A stretch of 64,000 nt of DNA, from positions 1-64,000 of the IMG/VR virus record IMGVR_UViG_3300044825_002278; one strand, 5' to 3'. Shown piece by piece: positions 1 through 9,087 of this stretch. The DNA comes from a virus. A program made the translations under genes and the position numbers. The notes under the pieces are model-generated. The model searched no databases and was not told the DNA's origin. It saw nothing but the letters and a program-made list of their open reading frames with translations. Every line of letters begins with the position of its first letter. The stretch's first letter is position 1.

Positions 1-44
1 AAGTTTAGTTTCTGTTTTTTTTTTTTCACACGAGGTTTTTTCCT

Positions 45-956
45 ATGTCGATTTCTTCTTTCGCTGCTCCTTCTATCGTTGACCGCGTTTCGCAGGCTTT
101 CAACTTCACCGTTGACAAGTTCCCGCTTAGTGGCCCTGATGGTATGCGTACTCCTTGGTACGGCATGTTTCGTTCCGACACCAACGCGGTTGTTGGTAAC
201 GGGTCTGTTACGGCTCGTTATTGTCCGCACCAAACCGAAGATGTTCTGGCTTTGGTCGATGCCGCTGCCAGTGCTTTCGATGGTATTGGCAATGTCGATT
301 GCTACTTCCGCGATGGGCATTACGTTGCGATTCAACCCACCAAAGAGCAGCGTCAAGCTATCTTTGGCACTGCCGACAACGTGTTCCCGAGAATTATCAT
401 TCGTGCGGGTTACGATGGCAAGGCTTTCAACGCCGCGATAGGTTACTATCGCGATGCTTGCCGCAATCTCGCAATCCTGCGGGAAGTTACTGGAACTACG
501 GTTTCCATCCGTCACACCAGCGGATTGCGTAGCAAGATGGACAGCCTAATCGGCTCGTTCAACGTGCTGCGTGAATCGTGGGGCAATCTCACTACCGTGA
601 TTCAGCACCTTGAAGGCACTCGCGTTTCGCTTGCTGGTTTCTTGCGGGAAGTATACGGTGAACCAAGCAGCGATACTGGTCGCGAGGCAACTATCCATCG
701 CAATCGTACCGAGGCAATTTTCCGCCGAGTTGCTGATGAGCGTTTGCGTACTGGTCGCGGTTCAATCGGCCCTGATTTCATGGTCAGCGGTTGGGAAGCG
801 TTTAATGCTGTGCAGGGATTTGTTCAGCATGACGCAACCCGCAAGAGTTCTGCTCGCGGTTCTGCGGTTAGCGGTTTCGGTCGAATTATCGCTGCCGCTA
901 ACGATGCTGCGGTTCATCGTGCCGAACGTGCCGCAATGCAGTTGCTCGCGGCCTAG
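45..956 (+). CDS. DUF932-family phage protein
   Basis: 303 aa; YDGK...YRDACRN and IRHT motifs, C-terminal W-x-A-F-N-A-V as in DUF932; visibly more GC-rich than the rest of the window. Confidence 0.7.
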   Translation: MSISSFAAPSIVDRVSQAFNFTVDKFPLSGPDGMRTPWYGMFRSDTNAVVGNGSVTARYCPHQTEDVLALVDAAASAFDGIGNVDCYFRDGHYVAIQPTKEQRQAIFGTADNVFPRIIIRAGYDGKAFNAAIGYYRDACRNLAILREVTGTTVSIRHTSGLRSKMDSLIGSFNVLRESWGNLTTVIQHLEGTRVSLAGFLREVYGEPSSDTGREATIHRNRTEAIFRRVADERLRTGRGSIGPDFMVSGWEAFNAVQGFVQHDATRKSSARGSAVSGFGRIIAAANDAAVHRAERAAMQLLAA

Positions 957-980
957 TCTTTCGTGTTTCCTTTCGTGTGA

Positions 981-1014
981 GCCAGTGGCGGCAATTTGCC
1001 GCCGCTGGTTTTCT
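981..1014 (+). terminator. Intrinsic terminator
   Basis: GCCAGTGGCGGCA/TGCCGCCGCTGGT hairpin followed by T-rich tract just after the DUF932 stop. Confidence 0.75.
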
Positions 1015-1119
1015 TATACTTTAAAGGGAAACGAATGAAGTATATCAGTATTTTTATATGTTCGGCCATTATATGGTTCGCGATATATAATAGAAAAAGA
1101 TAAAAGAATCCTGAATCGA

Positions 1120-1148
1120 CGTAAGTCCTTGTGCCACAAGGGTTTACG
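1120..1148. repeat. Imperfect palindrome CGTAAGTCCTTGTG-C-CACAAGGGTTTACG
   Basis: Read directly; the 14-mer TCCTTGTGCCACAA recurs inverted at 3029-3042. Confidence 0.7.
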
Positions 1149-1170
1149 ACGACGCGGGCCGGGCCAGCCA

Positions 1171-1218
1171 GTGTACAGGCGTACAGGTGTACAGATTTAC
1201 AGGTATACAGCCGTTCAC
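1171..1218. repeat. Six tandem 8-bp repeats (NNNTACAG)
   Basis: gtgtacag gcgtacag gtgtacag atttacag gtatacag ccgttcac. Confidence 0.8.
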
Positions 1219-1335
1219 TAAGTGTCTTTCCTAATCTAATCTGATTTGCTGGGACTTCATGGCCAGAATTTGCCCTCGATTATTTGTCTTTTCTTAACCA
1301 TATTGATTTGCTGGACGAACGTGGCCAGAATTTGT

Positions 1336-1375
1336 TAAAGTCTTTGTTGACAGACGACGATATGTATGTTATGAT
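1336..1375 (+). promoter_or_regulatory. Sigma70-type promoter overlapped by sigma28-like elements, upstream of tRNA-Lys
   Basis: TTGACA-17-TATGAT, plus TAAA-16-GACGATAT. Confidence 0.7.
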
Positions 1376-1386
1376 TGTGAGTGTAT

Positions 1387-1459
1387 GAGACTGTAGCTCA
1401 GATGGTAGAGCAATAGACTTTTAATCTATTGGTCGTGGGTTCGATCCCCGCCAGTCTCA
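1387..1459 (+). tRNA. tRNA-Lys(TTT)
   Basis: GAGACTG/CAGTCTC acceptor, ATAGA-CTTTTAA-TCTAT anticodon arm, GTTCGATC T-loop; no encoded CCA. Confidence 0.95.
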
Positions 1460-2011
1460 CTTGTGAGTTTTATCTTTTAACTTTAGGAGAATTTTATGAA
1501 GAAGTGTACTGGTTGTGGCCGTCCAATTCAAACTGTTGTTATTCGTCAATGTCCAAAGTGCATCAACAAACGTGCTGGATTGTAAGGAGTTTTTGTGCCA
1601 TCATTTTATGAAGTTGTATTTTTCTTCTTTGTTTGCTTGGGTCTTGCCATGCTTATGGTTTGGATTTTGTGGGGCAGGAAAGAAGACTAGGGTTGTCTTT
1701 GCTAATGTATATTGATTTCGCCCAGAGTGTGGCCAAAATTTATGTATTGGTGTATGGTGTTATTGTTTTGTTGTTATGCCAAACCATGCTAGTATTTTAT
1801 TTACTAGTGCGGGCTTTGTCTTTGGTTCTTTTTTATTCTCAAGCTTAAATACTTCTTTATTATAGTCACAATGTTTTGCGCGATGGTAATTTTGTATTTT
1901 AAAGAATTGACTGTTTGATAAATTTGGATTTGCCATTTGTTTGTCTCTGCCTAACTATATTGATTTCGCCCAGCTTGTGGCCAAAATTTTGTGTTTTGCT
2001 TATGGTAAAAA

Positions 2012-2326
2012 CTACACTGGTGTTTTGAAATAGTGCATTACAAGTAGAAATTGTATTATAGCCATTGTTCCGAGAGTAAAATAAGCATACTCTTTTCGTA
2101 TGTAGTATAACCTTATTGTTGTAAAAAATATAACCCAAAGGCTCATCATCTTTATGGTCATAAACAGTGCCGGTGAGCCGCCATCTGCTGCCAACAGCAT
2201 CTTGCCGATGGGATTGCTTTCGTCTTCGTTTATGGTACACGCAAGTTTAATTGTGTAATAATGATCCACCATACTGACGGCCCAAATCCATAAAAATAAA
2301 ACACCAAGGAAAAATCTATCGCGCAT
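2012..2326 (-). CDS. Small membrane protein, DUF5658-like
   Basis: Three hydrophobic segments with D..T and E-S-N-P motifs. Confidence 0.5.
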   Translation of the reverse strand: MRDRFFLGVLFLWIWAVSMVDHYYTIKLACTINEDESNPIGKMLLAADGGSPALFMTIKMMSLWVIFFTTIRLYYIRKEYAYFTLGTMAIIQFLLVMHYFKTPV

Positions 2327-2348
2327 ATGTTATATCCTTGTAATTGAT

Positions 2349-2717
2349 TTAAACGCCCAGACCCATGTCGTCCATAAGATTGTCCCAATGATGTTCGATC
2401 AATATTTTAACAACATAAGTTACCAATTTACTCGAAACCCAACTCCAAGCAAATGTTGGAGCATACCAGCTTTTGCTGGCATCGTCTAGTTTCATTTTTG
2501 ATACAATGTATCGCTTCAATTCGATTCTGCATTCGCGCTGTGTGTCAAAATCTTCGCGCCGTCCACTCTGCCAAGGCTGTTCGTCGAACCAACCTTGAGC
2601 CACAACAAGAACGTCGCGCCCAAGATCAACACAATTGTCTTCGTACTCATCGGTCAAAGTCACACTGTACTGCTTTATTTGGGGCAGGAAAAGAGAAGGA
2701 TTAATTTTTATAGACAT
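2349..2717 (-). CDS. Hypothetical protein (possible paralog of 42771-43079)
   Basis: 122 aa ORF with plausible composition and a C-terminal hydrophobic helix. Confidence 0.55.
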   Translation of the reverse strand: MSIKINPSLFLPQIKQYSVTLTDEYEDNCVDLGRDVLVVAQGWFDEQPWQSGRREDFDTQRECRIELKRYIVSKMKLDDASKSWYAPTFAWSWVSSKLVTYVVKILIEHHWDNLMDDMGLGV

Positions 2718-3296
2718 ACATTTACCTTTAAAATGAAAGTGTCGTAGCCAAACCTGTATGATTGTCGCACTCTAACTAGCATGATTGACTATTTAAAATA
2801 AGTGTTTCCCTTGGTGAAAAAAACATATTTCCCAATAAATCAATGTTTTTCCCTGCCCAAAAAGACAACAAGTGAAGGATTCCATCTAAGAAAGACTGCT
2901 TGAATATACCTTATATTATCCAGAACTGTCACTTTTTGCACGAAGAAGATTCTAGTTGCAGCCATAATTCGCGGGATTTTGCATGTTTTTGCGGCTATTT
3001 TAAACAATTAAATCTTTGTGATTGCTTGTTGTGGCACAAGGAAGTGCAAGTGTCTTTTCTAAACCTCTCATACCATTTATTTGTTTGTTTGTATTGTTGT
3101 TTATTAACTGTATTGTATGTATATACTTATTTATGTATATTTTACGTGCTTTTTCTATGTTTTACACTATGTTTTACCCTAGTATTAAATACTCATTTAC
3201 TGTCTGTTTTAGTGTGTTTTTACCCCTCTAAAAGCCCATTATGAGTACGATTAATTCATTGTTAAAATATCTAGCCACATACAAAAGGAATTTTAA

Positions 3297-3485
3297 ATGG
3301 ATAAAAAAAAGAAAAAAATACAGAAAAAAGTTGAGTGCATCGACTGCAAGAAAAAGACCACCGACTTCTATAAAATACCCACCAATAAAGGTGGTATACA
3401 CAAGTGCGCCAACTGTTACGAATTGTGGATTCTAAGAAGCACACGATCCTACGCTGGTCAATCACGAAGCCACAATGAAGAATAA
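3297..3485 (+). CDS. Small zinc-ribbon protein
   Basis: CIDC...CANC in a 62 aa basic protein. Confidence 0.45.
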   Translation: MDKKKKKIQKKVECIDCKKKTTDFYKIPTNKGGIHKCANCYELWILRSTRSYAGQSRSHNEE

Positions 3486-3531
3486 TGAGTATAAACATAC
3501 AGTAGAACTACTCTAACAAAAGGAGAGCTAT

Positions 3532-3930
3532 ATGTTCAAACTCAAGGCCGATTTCTTTGTTTACCTCATTGCGTTTATTTTAATTGCAATGTTTTATTCT
3601 CTTTACATGACAGCAAAAGACAAAGAGATTAAAACGTATGTTTTACAATCACAGCAGGCTCAACCACAAATACTTTACTTTGGGGCCGAATGGTGCGAAC
3701 CATGCAAAACCATGCGCACAATATTCGAGCAGAAAGAAATAAAGTCCAAGCTTGACAAACTAACTTTCAAAAAGTACGATATAGACAAAGACACCAGCGA
3801 ACGCGACCGATGGGCAATAAAATTGGTGCCATCTATGGTTGTAATAAACAAAGACGGCAAAATAACTAAATATACAGGTCTTTTGAAAAAAGAGAAAGTT
3901 TTAGAGATTTTGTCTGGATTGTTGGATTGA
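3532..3930 (+). CDS. Membrane-anchored thioredoxin-fold protein
   Basis: N-terminal TM helix, FGAEWCEPC active site, cis-Pro VP, AGGAG RBS. Confidence 0.85.
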   Translation: MFKLKADFFVYLIAFILIAMFYSLYMTAKDKEIKTYVLQSQQAQPQILYFGAEWCEPCKTMRTIFEQKEIKSKLDKLTFKKYDIDKDTSERDRWAIKLVPSMVVINKDGKITKYTGLLKKEKVLEILSGLLD

Positions 3931-3954
3931 CATTGACGATAACTATGGTATGAT
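3927..3954 (+). promoter_or_regulatory. Sigma70-type promoter with CGATA in the spacer
   Basis: TTGACA-16-TATGAT. Confidence 0.6.
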
Positions 3955-3993
3955 TGGTAAAGTAACTTTGATTCATTATCCAAGGAGTTTGCT

Positions 3994-4182
3994 ATGAGTA
4001 TTTCTGTTTACAACAAAGAGTGGGAAATCGAACAAATTCATATGGCAATTGCTTATCTTGAGCAAATGCTTCATGATCAAGGCGCAGGCATGAGCAATAG
4101 AAAATGGATAGAAACAACCGCAAGACTCGAAGAACTTTGGCGACAGATAGAGGAACTAGAGAGTGAACAAGAAAAAAATTGA
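3994..4182 (+). CDS. Hypothetical protein
   Basis: AGGAG RBS, first gene after promoter. Confidence 0.6.
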   Translation: MSISVYNKEWEIEQIHMAIAYLEQMLHDQGAGMSNRKWIETTARLEELWRQIEELESEQEKN

Positions 4183-4354
4183 CCTACTTCGCTCTCTTGA
4201 AATGGCTTTAGATATGCTCGATAGGGTTGAAGGTACATCTTTATACGAAATACAAAAAAGACTGAATGGCTATTCCGATAAAGAATACCACGACATGATC
4301 GAACAATTGGCAAGTATTTATAATTATTTTAAAAACAAGGATAAAAACCAATGA
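4163..4354 (+). CDS. Hypothetical protein
   Basis: Overlapping gene string, GTG start. Confidence 0.5.
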   Translation: MNKKKIDLLRSLEMALDMLDRVEGTSLYEIQKRLNGYSDKEYHDMIEQLASIYNYFKNKDKNQ

Positions 4355-4554
4355 GTTTGGGTAAAATTGACTTTGAAAGTTTTATTGAACATATCCGAGA
4401 CAATTATGAATCTTATGACAAATTTCGCTCAGAGTATCACGTTTTGGAAATCAGAAACTTTGCTGCTGAAAATGGTGTAGAAATGACACCAGCCGAAGTA
4501 GAAGATTGTTTTGATGTTATAATTGCTGCCCTTGAATATATCGATAGCCAATAA
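4351..4554 (+). CDS. Hypothetical protein
   Basis: ATGA overlap with upstream stop. Confidence 0.55.
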   Translation: MSLGKIDFESFIEHIRDNYESYDKFRSEYHVLEIRNFAAENGVEMTPAEVEDCFDVIIAALEYIDSQ

Positions 4555-4564
4555 GGAGGTTTTT

Positions 4565-4963
4565 ATGTCTGCTAATTTTGTTTTTGCCAAGTTTCCCCGT
4601 TTTGAAATGAGTAAAAGTCGCCGCGATGCCTTTAAAAAGGCTGTAAAGTTAATTACTCCAGCCGATTGGGAAGAGTTTGATGAATGGCATAGTTTTGAAT
4701 TAGACCATTATGGGGCCGATGACCTTTTGAAGGATATCGAAGAAGTTTGCTCTATCGACTCGGGCGAGATTGCAATCGACACAAATTACTCTGCAAATGG
4801 TGAAAAATATGAAGTATCCATCAGCGGAGGAATAACTTGGGGCGAAGACCCAACTGCTGTTTACTCTATTATGGTAAAAGCTAGTTTCTTTACTCGTATT
4901 TACAATCTTGCTAAAAATTTTGCAATTGAAGAAGTAGTAGTGCGTCAAATGTCTAATAGTTAA
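4565..4963 (+). CDS. Hypothetical protein
   Basis: AGGAGG RBS before ATG at 4565. Confidence 0.65.
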   Translation: MSANFVFAKFPRFEMSKSRRDAFKKAVKLITPADWEEFDEWHSFELDHYGADDLLKDIEEVCSIDSGEIAIDTNYSANGEKYEVSISGGITWGEDPTAVYSIMVKASFFTRIYNLAKNFAIEEVVVRQMSNS

Positions 4964-4989
4964 TTGAGTATTATATTGAGGAGTTTATT

Positions 4990-5298
4990 ATGCGTTCTGT
5001 ACTTAAAAAACCAAAGAAGGCTAATATGGCGCAAGAACCAGTAGAAAAACCAAAGCCAGTTATCAAGCAAGATGTATTTAAAAATTGGTTGTCGAGCAGA
5101 GTGACCGATTTTAAAGATGTTATTAAAACCGAATCTGTTTTCCTTTGGAAAGAAGGAAATTATGAACGCTATCGCATAAATGTTTGGGTTGCTAAAAAAG
5201 TAGAAAATCTTTATTGTGAAAAGATTTTTATTGAACATAGTTGGTTCGTACATTACAATAGAACAAACGATAAGATAGTTGATAAAACTATTTCTTAG
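4990..5298 (+). CDS. Hypothetical protein
   Basis: GAGGAG RBS; 102 aa. Confidence 0.65.
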   Translation: MRSVLKKPKKANMAQEPVEKPKPVIKQDVFKNWLSSRVTDFKDVIKTESVFLWKEGNYERYRINVWVAKKVENLYCEKIFIEHSWFVHYNRTNDKIVDKTIS

Positions 5299-5321
5299 TT
5301 TACGTTATGTCGGGTAGTTTT

Positions 5322-5396
5322 GGGGGCGTAGCTCAGATGGATAGAGCATATGATTTCTAATCATAATGTCGGTGGGTTCGAGTCCTCCCGTCCCTA
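5322..5396 (+). tRNA. tRNA-Arg(TCT)
   Basis: GGGGGCG/CGTCCCT acceptor, TATGA-TTTCTAA-TCATA anticodon arm, GTTCGAGTC T-loop. Confidence 0.93.
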
Positions 5397-5765
5397 TTTT
5401 TCGATTAGACCTTGATGATGATGTTCGCGGTGACAATTAGAGCATAATAAATCACATTTATCTAATTCTTTTTTAACTTTATCTTTATTTTTTACCCATG
5501 ACGTATCACGATACTTTCCCATATGAAATTCTTTTTGACTCGGATCGCGGTGATGGAATTCTAAAGCTGATATACATTTATCATACCCACATTTTATACA
5601 TTTTCCACCTTTATATTCTAGACATTTAATTTTAAATTGTTGTTGGCGATATATTGCGTTACGACGATTACATTCTTTGCAATAACATTGTTTTTTACCA
5701 TTTTTTTGTGGTTTAAAAAATTCAACATGTGGATAACTAAGATGACACTTTGAACAAATTTGCAT
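5394..5765 (-). CDS. HNH homing endonuclease
   Basis: CxxC zinc finger, then CIKCGY..ALEFHH..CDLLCSNCHREHH; antisense to neighbours; stop codon overlaps the tRNA-Arg 3' end. Confidence 0.85.
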   Translation of the reverse strand: MQICSKCHLSYPHVEFFKPQKNGKKQCYCKECNRRNAIYRQQQFKIKCLEYKGGKCIKCGYDKCISALEFHHRDPSQKEFHMGKYRDTSWVKNKDKVKKELDKCDLLCSNCHREHHHQGLIEK

Positions 5766-5823
5766 AGCGACTCCTTAACTTAGAACTAGTTTAGCTAAGT
5801 TATTATACACAATTAAACAATAT

Positions 5824-5864
5824 TAAAGCAATTTTTAGTCCGAGTTCGAGTCTTGGTACGCCTA
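5824..5864 (+). pseudogene. Orphan 3' half of a tRNA (probably class II, Leu-like)
   Basis: AAA-GCAA-TTT variable-arm-like hairpin, T-arm CCGAG-TTCGAGT-CTTGG, 3' acceptor strand TACGCCT-A; no 5' half upstream. Confidence 0.6.
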
Positions 5865-5876
5865 TTGGAGGAATAT

Positions 5877-6134
5877 ATGAGTAATTTTGCGTGCGAAAAG
5901 TGTGGAGCAATTTGTTGTGATAGTGCGATAGGTTATGTAACCGGATGCGAACACTATCCACCAGATAATGTTGATAGTTATTGGATAACTCTTTTCAACA
6001 ACAAGCAGGAACCAATTCTTAATGTTAAATTAAACAAAGAAGGATACAAAAAATACAGGAACAAAGAAACTTGGGACTGGAGTTGGGTTGAATTTATGAT
6101 TGATATTAAAGCAGCATTAAAGTGTGAATTCTAA
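5877..6134 (+). CDS. Hypothetical Cys-containing protein
   Basis: GGAGG RBS; CEKCGAICC motif. Confidence 0.55.
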   Translation: MSNFACEKCGAICCDSAIGYVTGCEHYPPDNVDSYWITLFNNKQEPILNVKLNKEGYKKYRNKETWDWSWVEFMIDIKAALKCEF

Positions 6135-6347
6135 CTGAAATAAATATTTGAACAATCTATTTAGTTGGAAGGTTAAAAAATAATATGTATAAATTAACAT
6201 TTGAAGAGTGGCAAAATAAATATTGTGCGAAAATATCTGAGCAAGCATTAGATCATCTTAGAAAGATGTACAATATAGAAAACCCAGAAGGTCTGATTTT
6301 ACATATGCAAAAAAATGCATACAAACTATATGAATCAGAGGTGCATA

Positions 6348-6830
6348 ATGGATAGAAGGACTTTTAACGCATCTATTGCGGCTGCTTTAGCATGTACGGC
6401 ACTACCCAAAGTAAATAACGCCGTTATTGATACTAGTTTTGAATACGGAATTAAAGATGTTACATGGTTACAACAATTTGTATATGATAATAGTAATAAT
6501 TATCATATTTATGATGAGCCTCAATCAGATTTAATCATAACTTTTTATTTGGACGCAAAATGCACCAAAGAACAAACGCTTGAGTTTACGGGAACGTCTT
6601 TTGAAATTCATAATATGGGCGATGATTTAAACATATGCCGCAACGGGAACAGACTTTATTATGAAATGCGTGAACTAAACATCTTTAAATTAGGCACAAA
6701 GATAAAGGTCAACGCGCACGAAGTTTCAAAGGGCGAATCTTATGACATAGAATTAGTTTCGTCTGGTGAGGGAAGAATAATGAGTTGCTTTTTTTATAAC
6801 TACAAATTAGAAAATATTGTAAATAGTTGA
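6348..6830 (+). CDS. Hypothetical protein with twin-arginine-like signal peptide
   Basis: GAGG RBS; begins MDRRTFNASIAAALACTALP. Confidence 0.6.
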   Translation: MDRRTFNASIAAALACTALPKVNNAVIDTSFEYGIKDVTWLQQFVYDNSNNYHIYDEPQSDLIITFYLDAKCTKEQTLEFTGTSFEIHNMGDDLNICRNGNRLYYEMRELNIFKLGTKIKVNAHEVSKGESYDIELVSSGEGRIMSCFFYNYKLENIVNS

Positions 6831-7009
6831 GGGTAGGTAAAAACAATGACACTTGATGAATTGCTAGAAACCGTTCCAGTTGAAGTTAAAAATGCTATTG
6901 AAGAAATTTGCGAAAGGGCTGGAACATACGATGCGAATTGGGAAGTATTAAAAGCCGCTGGCGAATTATTGGTGAAATATAAAGGTGCTGCCGAAGGGGA
7001 AGATTGGGA

Positions 7010-7297
7010 ATGAGACAAATTGAACAAGAAATCAAACAATACAATGTACGCAAACCAATTGCTGAAGCGATACGTAGATTAAGCAAAATAGGTTTTAAAT
7101 TTAGTGGACACGGTAGTGGTTTTGGGCAAGAAGATTTTAATGTAATCAATTACGAACTTGATTTATATGTAAACTTTTGCGATACTGGACGAAAGTGCAT
7201 TGTTAACATAAGTCAGGTAACTGAAGATTTTCGCCTATTTTCTGGAACAATTAGTGAGGCAACTAAATTTATAGCCGCCAATGTTGCGGGTAGGTAA
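7010..7297 (+). CDS. Hypothetical protein
   Basis: ORF in co-oriented gene string. Confidence 0.5.
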   Translation: MRQIEQEIKQYNVRKPIAEAIRRLSKIGFKFSGHGSGFGQEDFNVINYELDLYVNFCDTGRKCIVNISQVTEDFRLFSGTISEATKFIAANVAGR

Positions 7298-7301
7298 AAC
7301 A

Positions 7302-7505
7302 ATGACATACAATGAGATAGAAGCCGCCACAAAGATTTGGGTTGAAACCGTATTGGAGTATTATAAGAACGCGCCCAATCGTGATGAATTGACACAAGTG
7401 TTTGCGCGGGGATATTTTTCTGGCTGGAGCGAGCGTGAACTTGCACAGCTTGCAGACCGTATGAAGTATAATAACGATAACTTTCCACCTTGGCCAATAG
7501 GATAA
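7302..7505 (+). CDS. Hypothetical protein
   Basis: ORF with AGG RBS. Confidence 0.45.
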   Translation: MTYNEIEAATKIWVETVLEYYKNAPNRDELTQVFARGYFSGWSERELAQLADRMKYNNDNFPPWPIG

Positions 7506-7508
7506 TTA

Positions 7509-7694
7509 ATGACAAAATATACAATAGAAGAAGCATATATTGATTATAACAATAAATATCTTGTTAAAATCCGTGTTGATCGTCAAAATTTTCAGGTTAT
7601 TCTTTTAATATTCGATCACTGGCCAAATGCAGAAGAAATCGACACAGAGTTTAAAAAAGAAGAATTAAAATTAAAGGAGTTTTTAAATGATTAA
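7509..7694 (+). CDS. Hypothetical protein
   Basis: ORF in gene string. Confidence 0.45.
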   Translation: MTKYTIEEAYIDYNNKYLVKIRVDRQNFQVILLIFDHWPNAEEIDTEFKKEELKLKEFLND

Positions 7695-7989
7695 GTATTT
7701 AGTGTGTGCGGCTTTTTGTTTGATGGCATCTTGTGTTAACGCTCAAGATTTGTATTACAACTACGGGGGCAATCCTTACTGCCCGCCAAATCCTTACGGT
7801 AATCTTTACCGTTATGATTACCAGCCGCGAGTGGTTGGGTATGCCCCTATTATTCAATGGATTCCACAAGGAACTTTTTTGAATGTTGGGCCGGTTGTGG
7901 TTGACAAGCAGCGGCGGCGTGTTATAATGGGTATCAATGCGGGGTTTTACAGTATCAATGGGGTTGACACTTACTACTTGGGGCGATAA
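7687..7989 (+). CDS. Secreted small protein with a planctomycete secretin-like beta-hairpin segment
   Basis: Signal peptide ending VNA-Q; VGYAPIIQWIPQGTFLNVGPVVVDKQRRRV resembles the VGYQPVITTLPEG..VSADRRYV motif recalled from planctomycete secretin-type proteins. Confidence 0.55.
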   Translation: MIKYLVCAAFCLMASCVNAQDLYYNYGGNPYCPPNPYGNLYRYDYQPRVVGYAPIIQWIPQGTFLNVGPVVVDKQRRRVIMGINAGFYSINGVDTYYLGR

Positions 7990-8174
7990 GAAATGACCGT
8001 AAAATGTTATAAAAATCAATTGCTTGTATGGCAAATGTCAATTAATGACTTTAGCTTGTGGGTAGCTACCAAGGGGCTTGAATATGTTTCCAAAGAACTT
8101 GCTGGCTGTCAAATAGAATTTTGTAAATCGGAAGTGTTGAACTAAAAGATATTGAGCTTTATTAAAGGTGTTAA

Positions 8175-8420
8175 ATGAGAATTGAATACGAATTGCCTCT
8201 TGGTTATTCACAAAAAGTAAACCACTGTAAAAGAATAGTGGAAGATTGGTTGCATTACAATCTTTGTAATGGGCATATAGAAGAAAAGATTGATAAGTTT
8301 GGCAAACTTTTAATCGTAATAACGGAAAAGTTTTTAAGCGAGCATCCCGATGAATTGCAAAACGTTGTTGATGCAATTGATTGTAACGGCTTTAATCATA
8401 AACTTACTGGTAAAGAATAA
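8175..8420 (+). CDS. Hypothetical protein
   Basis: AAGGTG RBS; stop overlaps next start. Confidence 0.5.
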   Translation: MRIEYELPLGYSQKVNHCKRIVEDWLHYNLCNGHIEEKIDKFGKLLIVITEKFLSEHPDELQNVVDAIDCNGFNHKLTGKE

Positions 8421-8698
8421 TGTACAAACTATACGGAATAAAAACAACTTACACGCCATCTTACGATGAACGCGAATGTCGCGAAGATGTTGAACGTAAG
8501 CTTGTTGCAACATTTGACACGGTTGAGCAAGTTGAAAAATATATCAAAAAGGCAAGATTAAAAACCCCTATACGTCAAACGTGGACAAACGATTATTATT
8601 TTAGAAGCAATTCAGTTTTAGCGAAATGCGGCGATTATGAAATAGAGTCGTACGATAATGAAGATTCAGTTCCACACAATCCAGAGATAAGCCGATGA
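8420..8698 (+). CDS. Hypothetical protein
   Basis: TAATG coupling. Confidence 0.55.
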   Translation: MYKLYGIKTTYTPSYDERECREDVERKLVATFDTVEQVEKYIKKARLKTPIRQTWTNDYYFRSNSVLAKCGDYEIESYDNEDSVPHNPEISR

Positions 8699-8961
8699 TA
8701 TTTAAAATTCGTGAAATTGTTGATATCGTAACAAATGATTTATGGCCAGATTTTACTGACGAAATTCGTTTAGAAAATCAAGACGTTTGCTTTAAAATAA
8801 CATTGCTTAAATATTGCCCATTTCCAAATGGCAATAGATTATGTATTACTGAATACATCGACAAGGAATCTTTAGATAAAATGTTTGAACTAGCTGTACC
8901 AGCTATGGCAAAGTCTATTATTGATAGGTGGAAAAGATCATTAGAGGAGCATAATAAATGA
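8695..8961 (+). CDS. Hypothetical protein
   Basis: ATGA coupling. Confidence 0.55.
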   Translation: MIFKIREIVDIVTNDLWPDFTDEIRLENQDVCFKITLLKYCPFPNGNRLCITEYIDKESLDKMFELAVPAMAKSIIDRWKRSLEEHNK

Positions 8962-8977
8962 CTTTTTTAACAGAAGC

Positions 8978-9018
8978 TAAAGATCCTCAGTTGACAAGCC
9001 GATATTGTACGGTAGAAT
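8978..9018 (+). promoter_or_regulatory. Dual sigma70/sigma28-like promoter
   Basis: TTGACA-16-TAGAAT and TAAA-16-GCCGATAT. Confidence 0.7.
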
Positions 9019-9087
9019 ATACTGGACAAGAGTGGGTGACATTGCGTTACACACCAAAAGACAAACATCGCGATAGGGCGAAAACCG

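Larger units (their letters stand above)
1223..1990. repeat. Four dispersed ~50-bp direct repeats
   Basis: TGTCT..TAA..TGATTT(C)GC..TGGCCARAATTT at 1223-1272, 1285-1334, 1694-1741, 1942-1990. Confidence 0.8.

Noticed and set aside
1429-1848. Short + strand ORFs after tRNA-Lys
   Set aside because: They overlap the tRNA or repeats and reflect T-rich low complexity; a small ORF from about 1496 with an AGGAG RBS may be real but has no other support
1223-1990. Dispersed repeats as a CRISPR array
   Set aside because: Copies are degenerate and very unevenly spaced (about 60, 410 and 250 bp); no cas operon
2900-3244. Hydrophobic ORFs as membrane proteins
   Set aside because: Explained by a T-rich tract (Phe/Leu/Cys/Tyr bias); no RBS
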